Shown piece after piece: positions 48,682 through 61,467 of a stretch of 64,000 nt of DNA. Made by a program: the position numbers and the translations under genes. Positions within the stretch are counted from its first letter, which is position 1. Each line of letters begins with the position of its first letter. The DNA lies in NCBI GenBank assembly GCA_965649825.1, contig OZ287716.1:81778-145777 (forward strand), in the 5' to 3' direction. A model generated the notes under the pieces. The model saw only the letters and a program-made list of their open reading frames with translations. It was not told the origin of the DNA and searched no databases. Source of the DNA: Penicillus capitatus. Its lineage: Eukaryota > Plantae > Chlorophyta.

Positions 48682-51553
48682 ATGACATTGCAGACATCTT
48701 CAAGACTGGTGGAGGAACAACTGTTGAATACTCCTCCTACGGGCAATAATGACAGCAGTACAAGCAATAGAATCGACGAACGAAACGAGACAAACCGAAT
48801 GGGTCTCTTTGTAAGACAAGCGACAAAGGGATCTTTACTTGTTGTATTTGTCACCTGTTGGAGTGCAGGGTTTAACACGTGAAGGCTTGGGGCTGCTACC
48901 TGGTTCCTCTTCATCAGAAAATGACGCAGATGAATCGAGTGCTGAAGAAACGGTCCATCCAGGACAGACACAAGAAGGGGGACAGCATGTATCTGCATCA
49001 TATGATCGAGAGGAAAAGACAGGAGACAAAGGAGAGCACAGTCATCAGAACGACGGCAATGATTTTTCTGATCTGTTTTCCGACTTTTCAAGTCTCGATT
49101 TTGACGGCGATCAAAGAAAACAAGAAAACGTTGAAGAAGCTAAAAACGATGACCCTTCTTTGAGTGTCTCCTCAGATGTTCATCCGATCTCTGATCAAAG
49201 AGACTCGGTCCAAGATGCCTTTGATGGAAAAACGACAACGCCATATTCTGGAAGGCTTTCGCCTGAATCAGTAGATAAGGGAAGCAGAGTGTCGGAAGAT
49301 TGGCCACAACGCTCTCCTTCTCTCGGTTCGTCATCCGAGACTGCTACTGTTCAGAGTGAACAGACTTCTATTGCGTTCTATACTTTGTATGCGGTCCTCT
49401 TATTGCTTAGGCGAAGACAAGGAAAATACAGTGACGCATATAGACAAAGACGTCGATGTAAAGGCTGATGCACAAGGAAGTTGTGTGGCAGAAACCTCCG
49501 AGATGATTGGCGCCGCAGAAGACATGGGCATCGGGTCGGAGCTTTCCAAAACTGAGAAGCGAAAAGTTGGATTCATGGAGCGATGGGGAGGTCGTTTCTT
49601 AAGGCAGCGAAAGACGAGATCGTTAGACACTTATCCGATCCCTGCGCAGAATATTGCAGCTGCCGAAATGCTTCACGAGAAAGAAAAGAGTGAAATGGAT
49701 GTTTCCGAAGAGCTTCTCAGCAAGAGACCATCTTCTCGTGGCATCTTCCGTCGCGGACAGAGTACACCGGGCACTCCAAGCAAGAACGGTTCCACTTTAC
49801 GATCCGAGAGGCATTCTTGGACGGCTATCGAAAAGAAATGCTTGCATGTCCTGGAGTGCATTGGACACGTGACAGACAAAGAAAAGTCATCTTGCGGTTC
49901 ACATACTTCGCAAACGCAGTTGTTCTTCGCAGAGAAGAGCAGCTAAAGTGTTCGAGGTCGTGGCAATCCATCAAAGAACATGCAACTGTTCTACTTCATA
50001 AAGTGCAGACGCTGTCTGAGGGGACAGCAGAGTTGCCTGTGGGCAAAGTCAGAACAGAATGAAACAGGGGTCTCTTCTTCGACTGTCCTTTTCAGGGATC
50101 GGGAATAGACGAGATCTACCAAAAAGCAAAATTCGTTCTTCTTGATCTTCTACAAGTCATTCAGCATAAAGCCAGAAAAGCGATTTTTGATCGAGAACAA
50201 TTTTATGCTTCGAAAGTTGAAGAGAGCAATCTCCTGCTGCAGCAACTCAAGGATGTCGAATCTGATATTCTGGGTGCTGTTCAGACGAAATCGTCTGCTG
50301 CGTTCCAATCATGCAGTCCACTTTCTCGAGGAATGGATCAACTGCAGAGAGAGAACAGTCGATTCCGTGTTCTGCATGGAACAGAGCAATCTTCCACTTC
50401 AAGGAATCAACTATACATGCAGCCAGAGTATTCTGTCGCCGCAATTGTGCGCTAATCGCCTCGGCGACTTCAATGACAATGCTGTTGTCATTGGAGGAGG
50501 ATGCCGGGCAGAAGTTGAGCGAACTGCACGAGGCAGAGATCGAAACAAGAAGGAGACTTCAGACGCTAAAAGAAGAAGAGATGGATCTCAAGATCAGCAT
50601 TACTGAAACCAGATCACAACTTTGCAGTCTACAGGTGAATGTGGAAGAAGTGAGGAGAGAACACCTTAAGTACAGCAATGCCATGGCACGCATTAAACAG
50701 ACATGCACCTCACTGCAAGAGAAATCACAGGTTGATTGCATTGCATTATCGTCTTGGCCAAAAGCATTCTATAGAACTGCGTGAAGGAGTATCGAGCACA
50801 CGTCAACAATGTCCACATGAAAGCAGACAGTGCACGGCTGAAGATGTCAAAAGAATTTGATATCCTGTGCCACAAAAGGAAGCAGCTTTTTGATAAGACT
50901 GTGTCCGAGATGGAAACACTGCAGAAAGAAAAGGAGCTTCTCTGCGGACAAATGGAAGAACAGTGCCAGCGTTTCTGCCAAAAACAAGAAGAGACACAGC
51001 AAATGATCATCACTGAAAGGGAAAGGATGAACAAAGAGCTAAAGGACAACGAACAGGTCTTTCAAGAGCGTGTTCTGCACCAAGAAGCAAAACTGAAGAA
51101 GGAAGCTGTTTCTCTCCGACGGGAGATTGCCGAATGGGCGCCTCTCAGAAAAGACATCTGTCAAAAACAGCAGCAGTTGGAGCAACTCCATCAACATCTC
51201 ATGGATCGGGCTCATTCACAAAAGAAAGAACAGGAGTGGCTCTGCCACAAGCAGAAAGTACGACATACACGATTAGGACGTACATTGCAAAGGATGGACG
51301 ATCGTTGAAGGAGGTGAAGACCGCCATGGAAGAGAACAGATGTCTGGCCGCCTCCATTCGCAAGGATCTCGATGCAAAGAGGATGCTCGTGGAGACCTGC
51401 CAGATATTGAAGAAACAGATAGAGCTGACGATTCAGTTCCACCTAGAAAGGGGAGCGATCGTAGATGTGATATACTGGGACAGTAAAAGAGGAAAGGCAT
51501 GGATGCCTAACGCACATCCTCTATCCTCCCCTGACCTCAGAGAACATACATAG
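48682..51553 (+). CDS. Uncharacterised multi-exon protein: disordered acidic N-half, coiled-coil C-half
   Basis: Consecutive exon-like ORFs 48839, 49356, 50311, 50781 and 51134 separated by GT-AG introns. Confidence 0.65.
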
Positions 51554-51727
51554 CAATCCCTCCTTAGCATCGAGCATTCTTGAATTACAGTCCCGTTCTG
51601 GCGCGTTCTGTTAGTTGTGTCAATGATCTCAGAAATCACGGTGCCAAGCAAAAATGAAAAACACAGACAGCTTACATGACTCCGCTTAGCGAATACACAT
51701 TCATTAAGTCTTGTGGATGGCGTTGCT

Positions 51728-52714
51728 CTATTTGTTATCCGCAGCGGCACTCTTTTGATTCTCAGCATCAGAAGATGGTGCTGGCAACGCAGATGGGTTA
51801 TCTTTTTCGTCTGGAGAGCTGTCCAGCGACTCAATGACATCGCTAGAAATGGAGACGTCCTGTTGGGACTGATCAGAACGCATCTCTACGTTTAGCTGCT
51901 GCATGTAGTCTTCCAGATCCTCAAAGTCTTCATCGTTGCCATCTTTCGACGAGGAGACCTCTGCCTTATCACGGAGCACGGCATTTAAGTACTTGTCCAG
52001 ATCGTCGTCGCCGCCACTCTCTTCACCATCTTTCTGTGGCTTCTCTGTAGCTTCTTCCTCTTGAGGTGCCCGTGTCTTAACATCTGGGAGATCAGCAGGC
52101 TTTGACGATATGTCTTCTGGCAGTTGACCTGTCTTGCATCCTTCTGGCAGATGTGGCTGGGCCAATGAGAAATAAACACGCCAGAATTGTTCTTCTGTCA
52201 TTCTTTTGGGACACAGTAGGTAACGCAAATGATCAAGCTCATGAAACACGCGAAGCGCCAGGACAGCATGCCGTTCCTGCCAAGCATTCATTCGGAGTAT
52301 CCCATCATCTGACATCAGAAACGAGATATTGGAGTGCAAGTCTTCTTCGTTCACATCTCGAAAGGTGCTGTAATCGAGTGTCCGAACAAAGGCTTTGTAG
52401 TTCTCAGTAATGCCATAAGCCTGGAGCTCCGATTCGTCGATTTCTTGATTGTCTGTGGAGCTGAAGAAAGGAAAGTGGACAAGTGTCTCCTTCGCCTGTT
52501 TTGCTGCTTCTTGCCAGCCTTTCTGCTGTGTCAAGATTTTAGCGTCTTCTCTGAGTTTCTCTGCGACGATTTTGGCATTCGCTTTTGCAACAGATGCGAA
52601 GTCTTGAGCTCTGTCAGACATGTTTCCGGCGAAATGCCGAGCTTTGGAAGCGGCTGCAGTGGCTTGTTCTGTCATATCTTCCACACTCTTCCGCAAACTC
52701 GCAAAGTACTCCAT
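51728..52714 (-). CDS. BSD-domain protein
   Basis: MNAWQERHAVLAL...LDHLRYLLCPKRMTEEQFWRVYF is a BSD signature. Confidence 0.88.
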   Translation of the reverse strand: MEYFASLRKSVEDMTEQATAAASKARHFAGNMSDRAQDFASVAKANAKIVAEKLREDAKILTQQKGWQEAAKQAKETLVHFPFFSSTDNQEIDESELQAYGITENYKAFVRTLDYSTFRDVNEEDLHSNISFLMSDDGILRMNAWQERHAVLALRVFHELDHLRYLLCPKRMTEEQFWRVYFSLAQPHLPEGCKTGQLPEDISSKPADLPDVKTRAPQEEEATEKPQKDGEESGGDDDLDKYLNAVLRDKAEVSSSKDGNDEDFEDLEDYMQQLNVEMRSDQSQQDVSISSDVIESLDSSPDEKDNPSALPAPSSDAENQKSAAADNK

Positions 52715-53106
52715 AGTAAGAAAGCTGCTGACCGCAAGGGCGATTGGGATGACGGGTTCGGATGGAACAGAAACAGGATAACTTTCAAAGAGAACCAGGG
52801 AGGTGTTGACGAGAAGGTTGCCGTACGTCGAGGACACCGTTGTTAGAAATGTGACGTAAATTAACATCATCCGTACGTGTCTTGTATGCCCTGGTCACAT
52901 CAACTATCATTGCCGCTCCTGGATCTAACAAGACCGAAAAGAACTCGGCTGAATAATCATTCTCACTAAGTGATCCTGTATAAAGGAGTCTGTCTTCAAG
53001 AACCGACTCTTTGAGAAGCTACCTACCCGATCATAATCGGCAAACGTCAAATCATCGAATCCTGTACTCGAACTGCTTATCGATCAGAACAGGCAGTGTA
53101 GTTTAG

Positions 53107-54826
53107 ATGTCCGTGTCGCTGTCAAGACTCAGAAGAGCGCCGCTACTGGCAAGCAGGAGATGGTCGGGACGATGTCGTGTGTCTGTGGGTGTGGATTTGG
53201 GAACATGCAACTCGGCGATTGCAGTCCTAAAAGGAGGCCATCCTTATGCCATCGAGCTTCTCGAAAACCAGTATACGATACCTTCTGTTGCATTCTGCAC
53301 GCCTGCAATCAACTCCAGTCCAAGTGGGCTCTATGAAAAGTGTCCTTCTAGGAGGGCTTGGTGTCGGCCATTGAAATCAAAGAGACAGTTGTGAATCCGC
53401 GTCATATCTTATCCAATGCTAAGCGGTTTATCGGGAGAGATTTCCAGTCTGTCCGAGAAGAGGCACTTAGATGCAGCTGTGATCTTGTTGAGGGTGCAAA
53501 AGGATCTGTCCAGTATCGGTGTCCAGCAACACAGCAGTTGATTTCTGCAGAGGAGGTGAGGTTATGCATTCGTTCGCTGTCTGAGCAGCACGGCAAATTC
53601 AGATGCTGTTGTTTAGGTCTCGAGCGTGGTGCTGAAGTCTCTCTTTCACCAAGCCGAACGGCACTTGCACAAATCTGTAGAGCATGCCGTAGCAGACTTC
53701 ATCTGTTCAGTGTCACACATGTGAGGAGATGGGTGCTAGGTAATTTCTGTTCCAGTCCACTTCGACCAGAGGCAGAAAGCAGCAACGATCGAAGCTAGCA
53801 GTTTTGCTGGAGTGCAGAATGTTGTGCTGCTACAAGGTTTGTTGCTTAGCAGTTCTTATATTCACTTACTGTTGCCTTTTACTAGAACCCATTGCTGCAG
53901 CTATTGCGTACGGTTTAGGACGATCGCAGGACCGAAATCACATTTTGGTGGTGGATATTGGAGGCGGCACCTTTGATGTGAGTATTGTGACCAGTTTCGA
54001 GGGTATTATGGAAGTATGTCCCATACCCAAATACAACGAATCCGTGTTTTCAAGTTCAGGTCGTTGCCTATGCCGGAGATCCACATCTGGGAGGAGAGAA
54101 CTTTGATCACGTTATATCCAATTGGCTGACAAATCAAATGAAGACATCCAGGCACACAGCTCTTTTCAGAATGTGCTGTCACATCGGCATCTTTTTGCTC
54201 AGGAATGATGTGGAATGGCTGACCACGATAAAGAACATCGCAGAGAAGCTTAAAATCGAAGTTGTGAGAAATGGATGCGCTTCATGGAAATCGAGGAAAG
54301 AGACCGTTCTCCTCGATTCATCAACTTTTCATGAGCTCACTAAGGAATTGACATCTCGGTTTCTGCCGCCGCTTGAAGAGGCAGGAAAAATGGCTATGAT
54401 CGATTGGATGGATGGGTAAGGAGCAGAGATCTATGGTGCGTTTTTATTCAACATGATCTGGTTTCTATAGGAATACACAGGTGTCCACACGCGCTGTCTC
54501 ATTAGACCCTTTTTGTCCACCTCCCAAAAGAATCACACAAGTCGTGTTGGCTGGTGGCTCCAGTGCCCTTCCTGCGCTACGGACGCTGATCTCAAAAATG
54601 ACAGGAATTCAGGAGCTGAAGTGCGCCGCCACAGATGGAGCTCTTCGTTTCGACATGTTTTCTGTTTTGCATCAGATCTCCAGTGGATCCCAAACTTTGC
54701 GTGGCCTTCGGTGCCGCTCTCTTCTCGGGAATGTTCGAAGGAGATGTGGAAGGAGTCGAGATCATGGATGGGGCGTATTCCTATCCACTCCACGACAGAT
54801 TCTCTGGACTGTCATTCAACTTTTGA
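53107..54826 (+). CDS. Divergent organelle-targeted Hsp70-like protein, ATPase domain only
   Basis: [50 protein letters not shown] and CVAFGAAL, then a stop about 30 aa later. Confidence 0.82.
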
Positions 54827-54841
54827 CAGATCCTGCCGAGA

Positions 54842-55253
54842 TCATTGAGACAGGAGACGATCCATCTCCATCCAATCTCCAAAACGAGCGTCATTGTCAA
54901 GTGCTTTGTCTTGCATCTGGTGATAAGTGTACGACAGTCAGACATCTGTCATCGCATCGGTTCGTACAGTAGTCACGGCCATGTCCTTTTGCGCCTGGCG
55001 TTTGGCGCAGCGGTGCGCGCAATTATCAGCGCAAGGTGCTCGGTCGAGTGTCCGAACACGGATCATACCCACTGGAATGCCTCTTCGCTCAGCTATTCGG
55101 CAATCGCGATCGTCATCGCTGTCGTCGCTCACATATGGATGCACTGTGATCTGAAATCTCTGTTCTGTTCAGGGCATTCGCAAAAGGAAGGCCATCACAG
55201 CATCTAACACTGATCAGAATCTGTTCGCCCGCCTGGACGATTCTAGGACGCAT
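54842..55253 (-). CDS. Possible small spliced hypothetical protein; start uncertain
   Basis: ORF 54938..55144 splices via GTACGA...CACCAG to MQDKALDNDARFGDWMEMDRLLSQ*. Confidence 0.3.
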
Positions 55254-55499
55254 GGACTGCTTTCTGCGACAAGATGAGGGTAAGATCTGAAAACAATCAC
55301 CTTTCACCTGTTTCCTATTCTTGGTGTTTTTTGTCTCTGATCTTTTTGATCATGCTGTTTGATCCAGATGACGGGTAACGTATTAAGCCCTCTGCTTTGG
55401 CCTTTCTAGACAATGGTGGCTAAAGATGGATTGAGCTCTGGCTTTCCGCATGAAGTGACCGATGCGTAAAAGATGACTGCGTTTAACATACTAGACTCA

Positions 55500-56903
55500 T
55501 CAAGAAGTGTGTTGTGGGTCCAACGATCTCTGGGTCTTGACAGTGGCAACGTACTCAGCGTTTCGGACATAAGCGCGTTTTTTGTGTCTTTCATCGCGTT
55601 CCTCTTGCGAATACTCTCTTCCGTGGAGGGCCTTCGACAGCGATCCACTTTCTGTTTTCTGTTCTGATACATCCATCAAGGTAGATGCATCTGTCATGTC
55701 CTCAAAGCAATGACCATCTAGTCTCTTGCAGCTCTGAATCGTCGAATCGCCTAAACACACCAATCGACCATCTTCAATGTTATCGCTCAAAGGCCAAGAT
55801 CGACTTTGGATTTGAAAAGTGATGAGGGCGACCATTTTGCCGTTCTCTGCACTGCCGCCCGTTTTGCCGCCGATGACCCAGAGACAATCCTCTTTATCCG
55901 TGAAAAGACTGGATGCGTGTACAGCGGGCCACGATGAAAAACACGAGAGCATCTGTACCATCGTCTCTTCGTCCCATTGAAAGAGACAGATGATGGGACT
56001 GCCCTCCACTGCTGCAATAACCAGATGCCTAAGGACAACAGGAGATCCACACAAAGCTGCAGCTTTAGAGACCCCTCTACTGTGTGTGACTCGCAGAGAG
56101 TGAATGGACGATGGGTACACTTTCCCCTTCCATGCCAAACAGACTCCATTCCAATTCACACTTTCCAACACTCCTTCTGGAGTCGATATCGAAAAACAGA
56201 ATCCGACCATCTCCTCCACCGGTGATGAGAATAGAGCGTTCATTCCAAGACCGAACGACAGCAGATGTGATGAATTTAGTATGCCCCATAAAGAAATGAT
56301 CGATGACAAAAGCACCCTGAGCCATCTCTTTGGGTAACCGACTCATTCGAGTCACCCCGTCTCTATCCGATGTTAAGAGTCGCTCTCCATCAGACAGAAC
56401 GATCAAAGATGTTATAATGCTGCAGAAGTGCCCCAGCAATGGCCACACAGACGTTCCGGTCAAAGGAATGCGATAGACATCGCCAAATCGATCCGCCACG
56501 ATCACGCTCGTACTGTCACGATCAAACGCTCCAGCACTCACTCTTTTCGGCAGGGTGCTAGAAGAAGATAGAATTCGACAGAAGAAGCACAGGGGGTTTC
56601 CATACCGAGAGGTCACCGTCGATCCATCTGCTCTCTGGACGATGTGGATTTGTTTGTCATCTCCACCGATGAGCAGATACGTGCCATCAGGAGAGAAGCT
56701 CAAGACGCGTACTGTATCGGCCACAGAGATTTGAAAGATGCTGTGCAAAGACCTGTATACCGACGTCGAATTTTTGAAACCATCTCTTCCGTGTGACCTC
56801 ACTCGAGGCAGAGTGCACGAACTGTCTTGTCATTGCTGACAGCCATCGTTGTCTGCTGGTCGTCGACGGCGATAAGCAGACATGAAATCGACCCGGTTTG
56901 CAT
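55500..56903 (-). CDS. TRM82: WD40 subunit of the tRNA m7G46 methyltransferase (Trm82/WDR4)
   Basis: IVADRFGDVY, LLGHFCSIIT, LLTSDRDGVTR, FFMGHTKFIT and ITGGGDGRI. Confidence 0.85.
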
Positions 56904-56986
56904 TTTTAAATGAAACGAGAATAATACAGAAATTGTCTGGCCATTTAACCCGTCATCCATCAACGAAGGTCCCTTCACACGATGCA

Positions 56987-59534
56987 TCAGTCCTTCTCGC
57001 TGTCATCGTGATCAATCACAATGCACTCCATCTGAGGTACTGGCCAGTTGTCATGAACGACGGTTTGTCTCAGTCGTCGATTCAGTTTTTCAATTCTTCT
57101 CGCTGTTTGTTGTTGTCGATTGTCTAGCGGATCCCCAGGTCGTTTATTTGGTTTAGGTATGCCAGGTGAGGGAATACTAATGGATGTATTCTTAACAAAA
57201 ATCGTTCCCTCTTGCGGATGCATCTGAACGGGTGCCACTGAATAGTTGTTCCGTTGATAGAATCCACCTGTGGGGTAGTTCGATGTTGGCGCTGGATGGT
57301 GGGAATGGCACGAAGTGATCTGCGTAGGATGCGCCTGTGCTAGGACAGGGTGATGAAATGGACGCAGCTCTTCAGATGTGCCAAACCCTAGTTTCTCGGC
57401 CATGGACATGGCGATGGGCGATCCACGCATACCGGGACGAAATTCGGAGAGACTTGGGGGTGTCGAGTATCCTACTTGATGCCCTCTTGCTCCGTGCATC
57501 GTCTCTACTAAGAACACATGACGATCAGGGCCGCACGACGGTATCACATGTGCTTGCTGTTTAGTAGAGCGGGTGGAGGCGGGTGGGAAAGATGGTGATC
57601 TTTCTGGGGATGAACAGGCGAGGTATGTTGGGGTATGTGCTGTTGGGTCTCTATTTCATCGTCGGATGAAACCAAATCCACGACCTCGAGATTCTTGGAC
57701 TGCGTATTCTCTTGATAATGTTGTTTGAATGCTTGTTTCGCAGCGATTGCAGCTTTGCGCATCTCTTCAGCTTCGTCTTCGCTTTCGTCTTCGGTGTCTT
57801 CCATCTTATTCTGTGCGAGGCCTTCGGGAAGCGTCTCGATCACAGTGGTGTTATAGACACTTCTCCATTTGTTCTCTCCTCTGAATCTCCACGTGCCTTC
57901 CTTGCTCACTTCGATTTCGTCGACCTCTGGAAGTTTTTGCAGGCTCGTTAAAACAGCTTCCAGCCAAACATCTCGAGCCAAATGGTGCACACTCGATTGT
58001 CTTAGCGAATGTGGACAGGCCCATTTCCTTGTTTTTTGTACCATACTCATAAATGCATCCAAATCAAAAACACATTCCAAAGAATCGATATTTAGCAGCC
58101 GTGCGGGTGTCTTGATTCGTTTGGAAGAAAATGGGCATTTGAGCGACATCGTGGATGTCATTGTCTGTACCTCATCATCCACATCGTTTGAGACCTGACC
58201 TGAAAGCGAAAAAGATGGAGGTGTGAGATTCGACAAGGGGAGCATGTTACAGGGACCCACTCCGAACGATGCGTCTCATGCGCATGATCGCCGCATCCAG
58301 TTTTTCTGGCGGATGCATCTGGCTCATCACCGCTTCTTTCTTGACAGATCGTACAATTTGTACGCAAAACGCAAAGGGATGCGCATCTTGACAGGAGATC
58401 TCGATCGTATTCTTGCCAGCCACCACCATCTTACCTACAACACATACTGTTTTCGACCTATCCACAGAAGCGGCTCTCTGCTGCACTGATGTCAGCAGGT
58501 TCGTCTCTTTGTCCAACGGTGACTTTATTATCAGCATGTCGAGCGTAGACTCTGAAACTTTTCCCATTCACGGCAAGCTTGCAGTTGATTGGCCAATGAT
58601 AACGAAACTGCACAGGATCGTCCAGCTGAAGACAAACAATCTGACAGCCACATCGCCAAATCATTCAGATCTCTGTAAGCACCTGTGGCTTGCCTGGATC
58701 TTCCATGCACCAGACCGAATCTGCAGCAGATCTGGTTGCATCAGATGAAACCCATCAATTGCTATTTTGCATCCAACAGGAGCCCCCTAACCATGAGTCA
58801 TGTCTGGTCGTGCACCTCAAAGAATCCTACGCTTTGGAGATATGGTGGACGACTGTGCATTTCGCGTATCAGAGTTGGTTGAATCACATCCTGTGGACAG
58901 CACCTGATCCAGAAGGGATCGGCATAGTAGAATCGGCAGGTGATGCAGTGGTGATCTTTTGGCGACCACTCTGGCATTTGTTTCGAATGAAACAGGCAGT
59001 AGACATGCTCCTGTCTCTGACACGTCGGGGTGACACATGTCACGGTGCGCAGCTCCGCCTTCTCACACGCCGCAGTCGCATGACAGACGCAGCGCAGCGC
59101 CGTTTTTGTGTTGTCTATCGGACGAACATCTTCTGCAGCGCGTAATCCTCGCATGTCGCGATAGACGTTTCCCACGATCCGTACTACACAAGAGGCAGAA
59201 GATAGACAGGGTGCGGTCGGTAGCAACGCGTCACTTACATGTTCGACTCTGACTATGCAAACGCCTAGAGAGGCAAGGCATCGTGAAGAGAGCGAAGGGT
59301 TGGCGGCTTACCCTGCTTTGTGTTCAGCCTTCAGATGCTCTTCCAAACGCTGCACCAGCTGTCCCTTCACGCCTGTTGTTTTCAGTCCAAGTCGTGCAAG
59401 GCAGTCATGCAACTCGCGAACACGAAAGTGGCCGATATGCTTCTGGAAGGAGCACACACGAACCGTCAGAGGGTTGTGTCATACAGACGAGACGGTGCCT
59501 TCAAAGAGTCGTAGCTGTCGGCGACGTTATCCAT
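56987..59534 (-). CDS. SIZ1: SUMO E3 ligase with SAP, PHD, PINIT and SP-RING domains
   Basis: SAP RVRELHDCLARLGLKTTGVKGQLVQRL; PHD LRCVC...CVTPTCQRQEHVYC...HCITC; SP-RING SLKCPFSSKRIKTPAR...WACPH. Two GC-AG introns. Confidence 0.92.
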
Positions 59535-59625
59535 AGATAAATGTCCTCTATTTCCGTCGAGGCACTGCTGGACTTGACGCGGATTCTCTCGCCGCTCGTG
59601 CACAGCGCCAAAACCAGAATCGAAG

Positions 59626-60033
59626 ATGGCACGCGCCGTGTATCCGGTACAGCAAAAGAGCCGCCACTTTGCGACGGTCTGTCCGTCAAACGAAGAACGG
59701 AACGTGGCGAGAAATCCGCAACGTGGTCAAAGAGCGTGGGACCGAAGAGTCTTTCGGCGGGAGCGAGGCGGAAGCAGAACAAACGAACAAACGGAGACGG
59801 AAACTTTTCGGGTGCCTTTCTTCAACACGGTTCCCTGGCGACAGATCTCAGAACGCAAAATCAAAGAGTGCGACGCAAAACAAGACGGTAAACCTCGATT
59901 AAGGGGGTTACCTGAAGACTTCGGCCACCTCTTTACCGACTGGAATGTGAGCGGTGGCAGATATGCCACGTGGCTGTCGTACAGGAAGTTCTATATGAAC
60001 TTCCTTCCTCTGAAAAGACCCATAGAATTATGA
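59626..60033 (+). CDS. Small hypothetical protein
   Basis: 135-aa ATG ORF with a protein-like C-half (PRLRGLPEDFGHLFTDW...RKFYMNFLP); no family recognised. Confidence 0.4.
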   Translation: MARAVYPVQQKSRHFATVCPSNEERNVARNPQRGQRAWDRRVFRRERGGSRTNEQTETETFRVPFFNTVPWRQISERKIKECDAKQDGKPRLRGLPEDFGHLFTDWNVSGGRYATWLSYRKFYMNFLPLKRPIEL

Positions 60034-60216
60034 ACACTCCCTTTTGGGACAAAGAATGGGTTTGAGAATGAGGGAACGGAGGGAAGACGGCTAAAAAGAC
60101 GCTGGAGATGTGCACTGTAGCGAACGGCTTGATTCTGTACTGGCGGTTATGGACATGTTTGTCCACATCAAATCGCCACGTCATAAATACCAGTGTCCAT
60201 GTCATGAAAGGTGACA

Positions 60217-61426
60217 ATGGAACCGCCTTCGACACTGAGCATATTCGTGTCAGCCTCCGTCGTCGCTCTCAGCCAGACACTCGAACAAGCGACACTGGTA
60301 TGCCGTGTGTTGGCGGTTCACTCGTATTCCAGGGCGGCTGTAGGTAGCAGGTCACATTGGACGCGCGGCTGCTGTCTTTCGCTGTGATGAAGTCATTGTT
60401 GTGGACGAGGAGACGCGACGTGGACAAGGCAGGCGAAGCTTCGTCATGACTACAGTCCGTCTATGCGCTGACAAGGTATTCTGTCAGATGTCGTTTCGAA
60501 GGAAGCGTCCTTGTTGGCTCGGTTACTGCAATACCAGGAGACGCCACAGTATCTTAGAAAGTAGATCAATGCTCACGGCACGAAGAAATCTGCAGCGAAT
60601 TTCGTTTGAGGCAGCTGATTCCGGTGCATAAAGACTTTCGCTTTGTGGGGTCACTGCCTCCATTGGACGCGCCACATCATCGGCGCTCAACAGAATGGAG
60701 TCCTTTTCGAGAAGGGGTCGTCCTGTCACATCACGACACGTTCTCTCTGGTCGACATTGGCCTCGAAAAGGTCCTGTGCCCTGCATCCCATCACCGTATC
60801 CATGTCATGACAAATGCGTCCAGAGTGCCCTAGTCGACGAACAGATTCGCATCGGGGCTAGAGTGACGCTCGAGGTGGGTCCACAGCCTACCAGCATTCA
60901 GGGACCATCAGTTGGGGAGGTCTACTCGGCAAAGGTGACGTCATTCTACAGACGTCGCTTAAAATGATCTTCCATTCAGATATGCTCGAACATGCGAGAC
61001 CCTGTGTGCAAGGGCGGAGAGTATTGGGGTTTCACTGTCCGTATCGCTCAGGGTTTGAGTTCCGTCTTTCTGGAATGTCCTTTCAGTGGCGGTTATGATC
61101 TTGTCATCGGCACATCTGAACGCGGCAACTACGTCCGTTCCCTCGTCGATCTCCATCTCTTCTCACACAAATGAATGTCACAGATCCATCCTCACACTTT
61201 CTCACTCCCTTCCTTCTCCCACCTGCTCATCGGTTTCGGAGGTCCAGCAGGTTTGGAAGACTGCTGTTCGAAAGACCCAGGAATGGAAGGGCATGACATT
61301 GCCGAGTTTTGTCATTACTATCTCAACACCTGCCCTGCACAAGGCAGTCGGACGATCCGTACAGAGGAGGCGATGTGGATCTCGCTGTCGTATCTTCGTG
61401 CTGCGATCGAGGCATCTCGCATGTAA
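60217..61426 (+). CDS. SPOUT1: SPOUT methyltransferase, SPOUT1/C9orf114 (DUF171) family
   Basis: TLSIFVSASV...GHIGRAAAVFRCDEVIV, LQYQETPQYLR, PPLDAPHH, YDLVIGTSERG, FGGPAGLE and NTCPAQGSRTIRTEEA. Confidence 0.92.
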
Positions 61427-61467
61427 CGACGGTACGACACCTGCATTGTGCTGGAGATAAGTCTCTC

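Noticed and set aside
59541-59891. ORF starting 6 nt from the SIZ1 ATG
   Set aside because: Low-information translation that overlaps the more protein-like 59626..60033 ORF; probably spurious.
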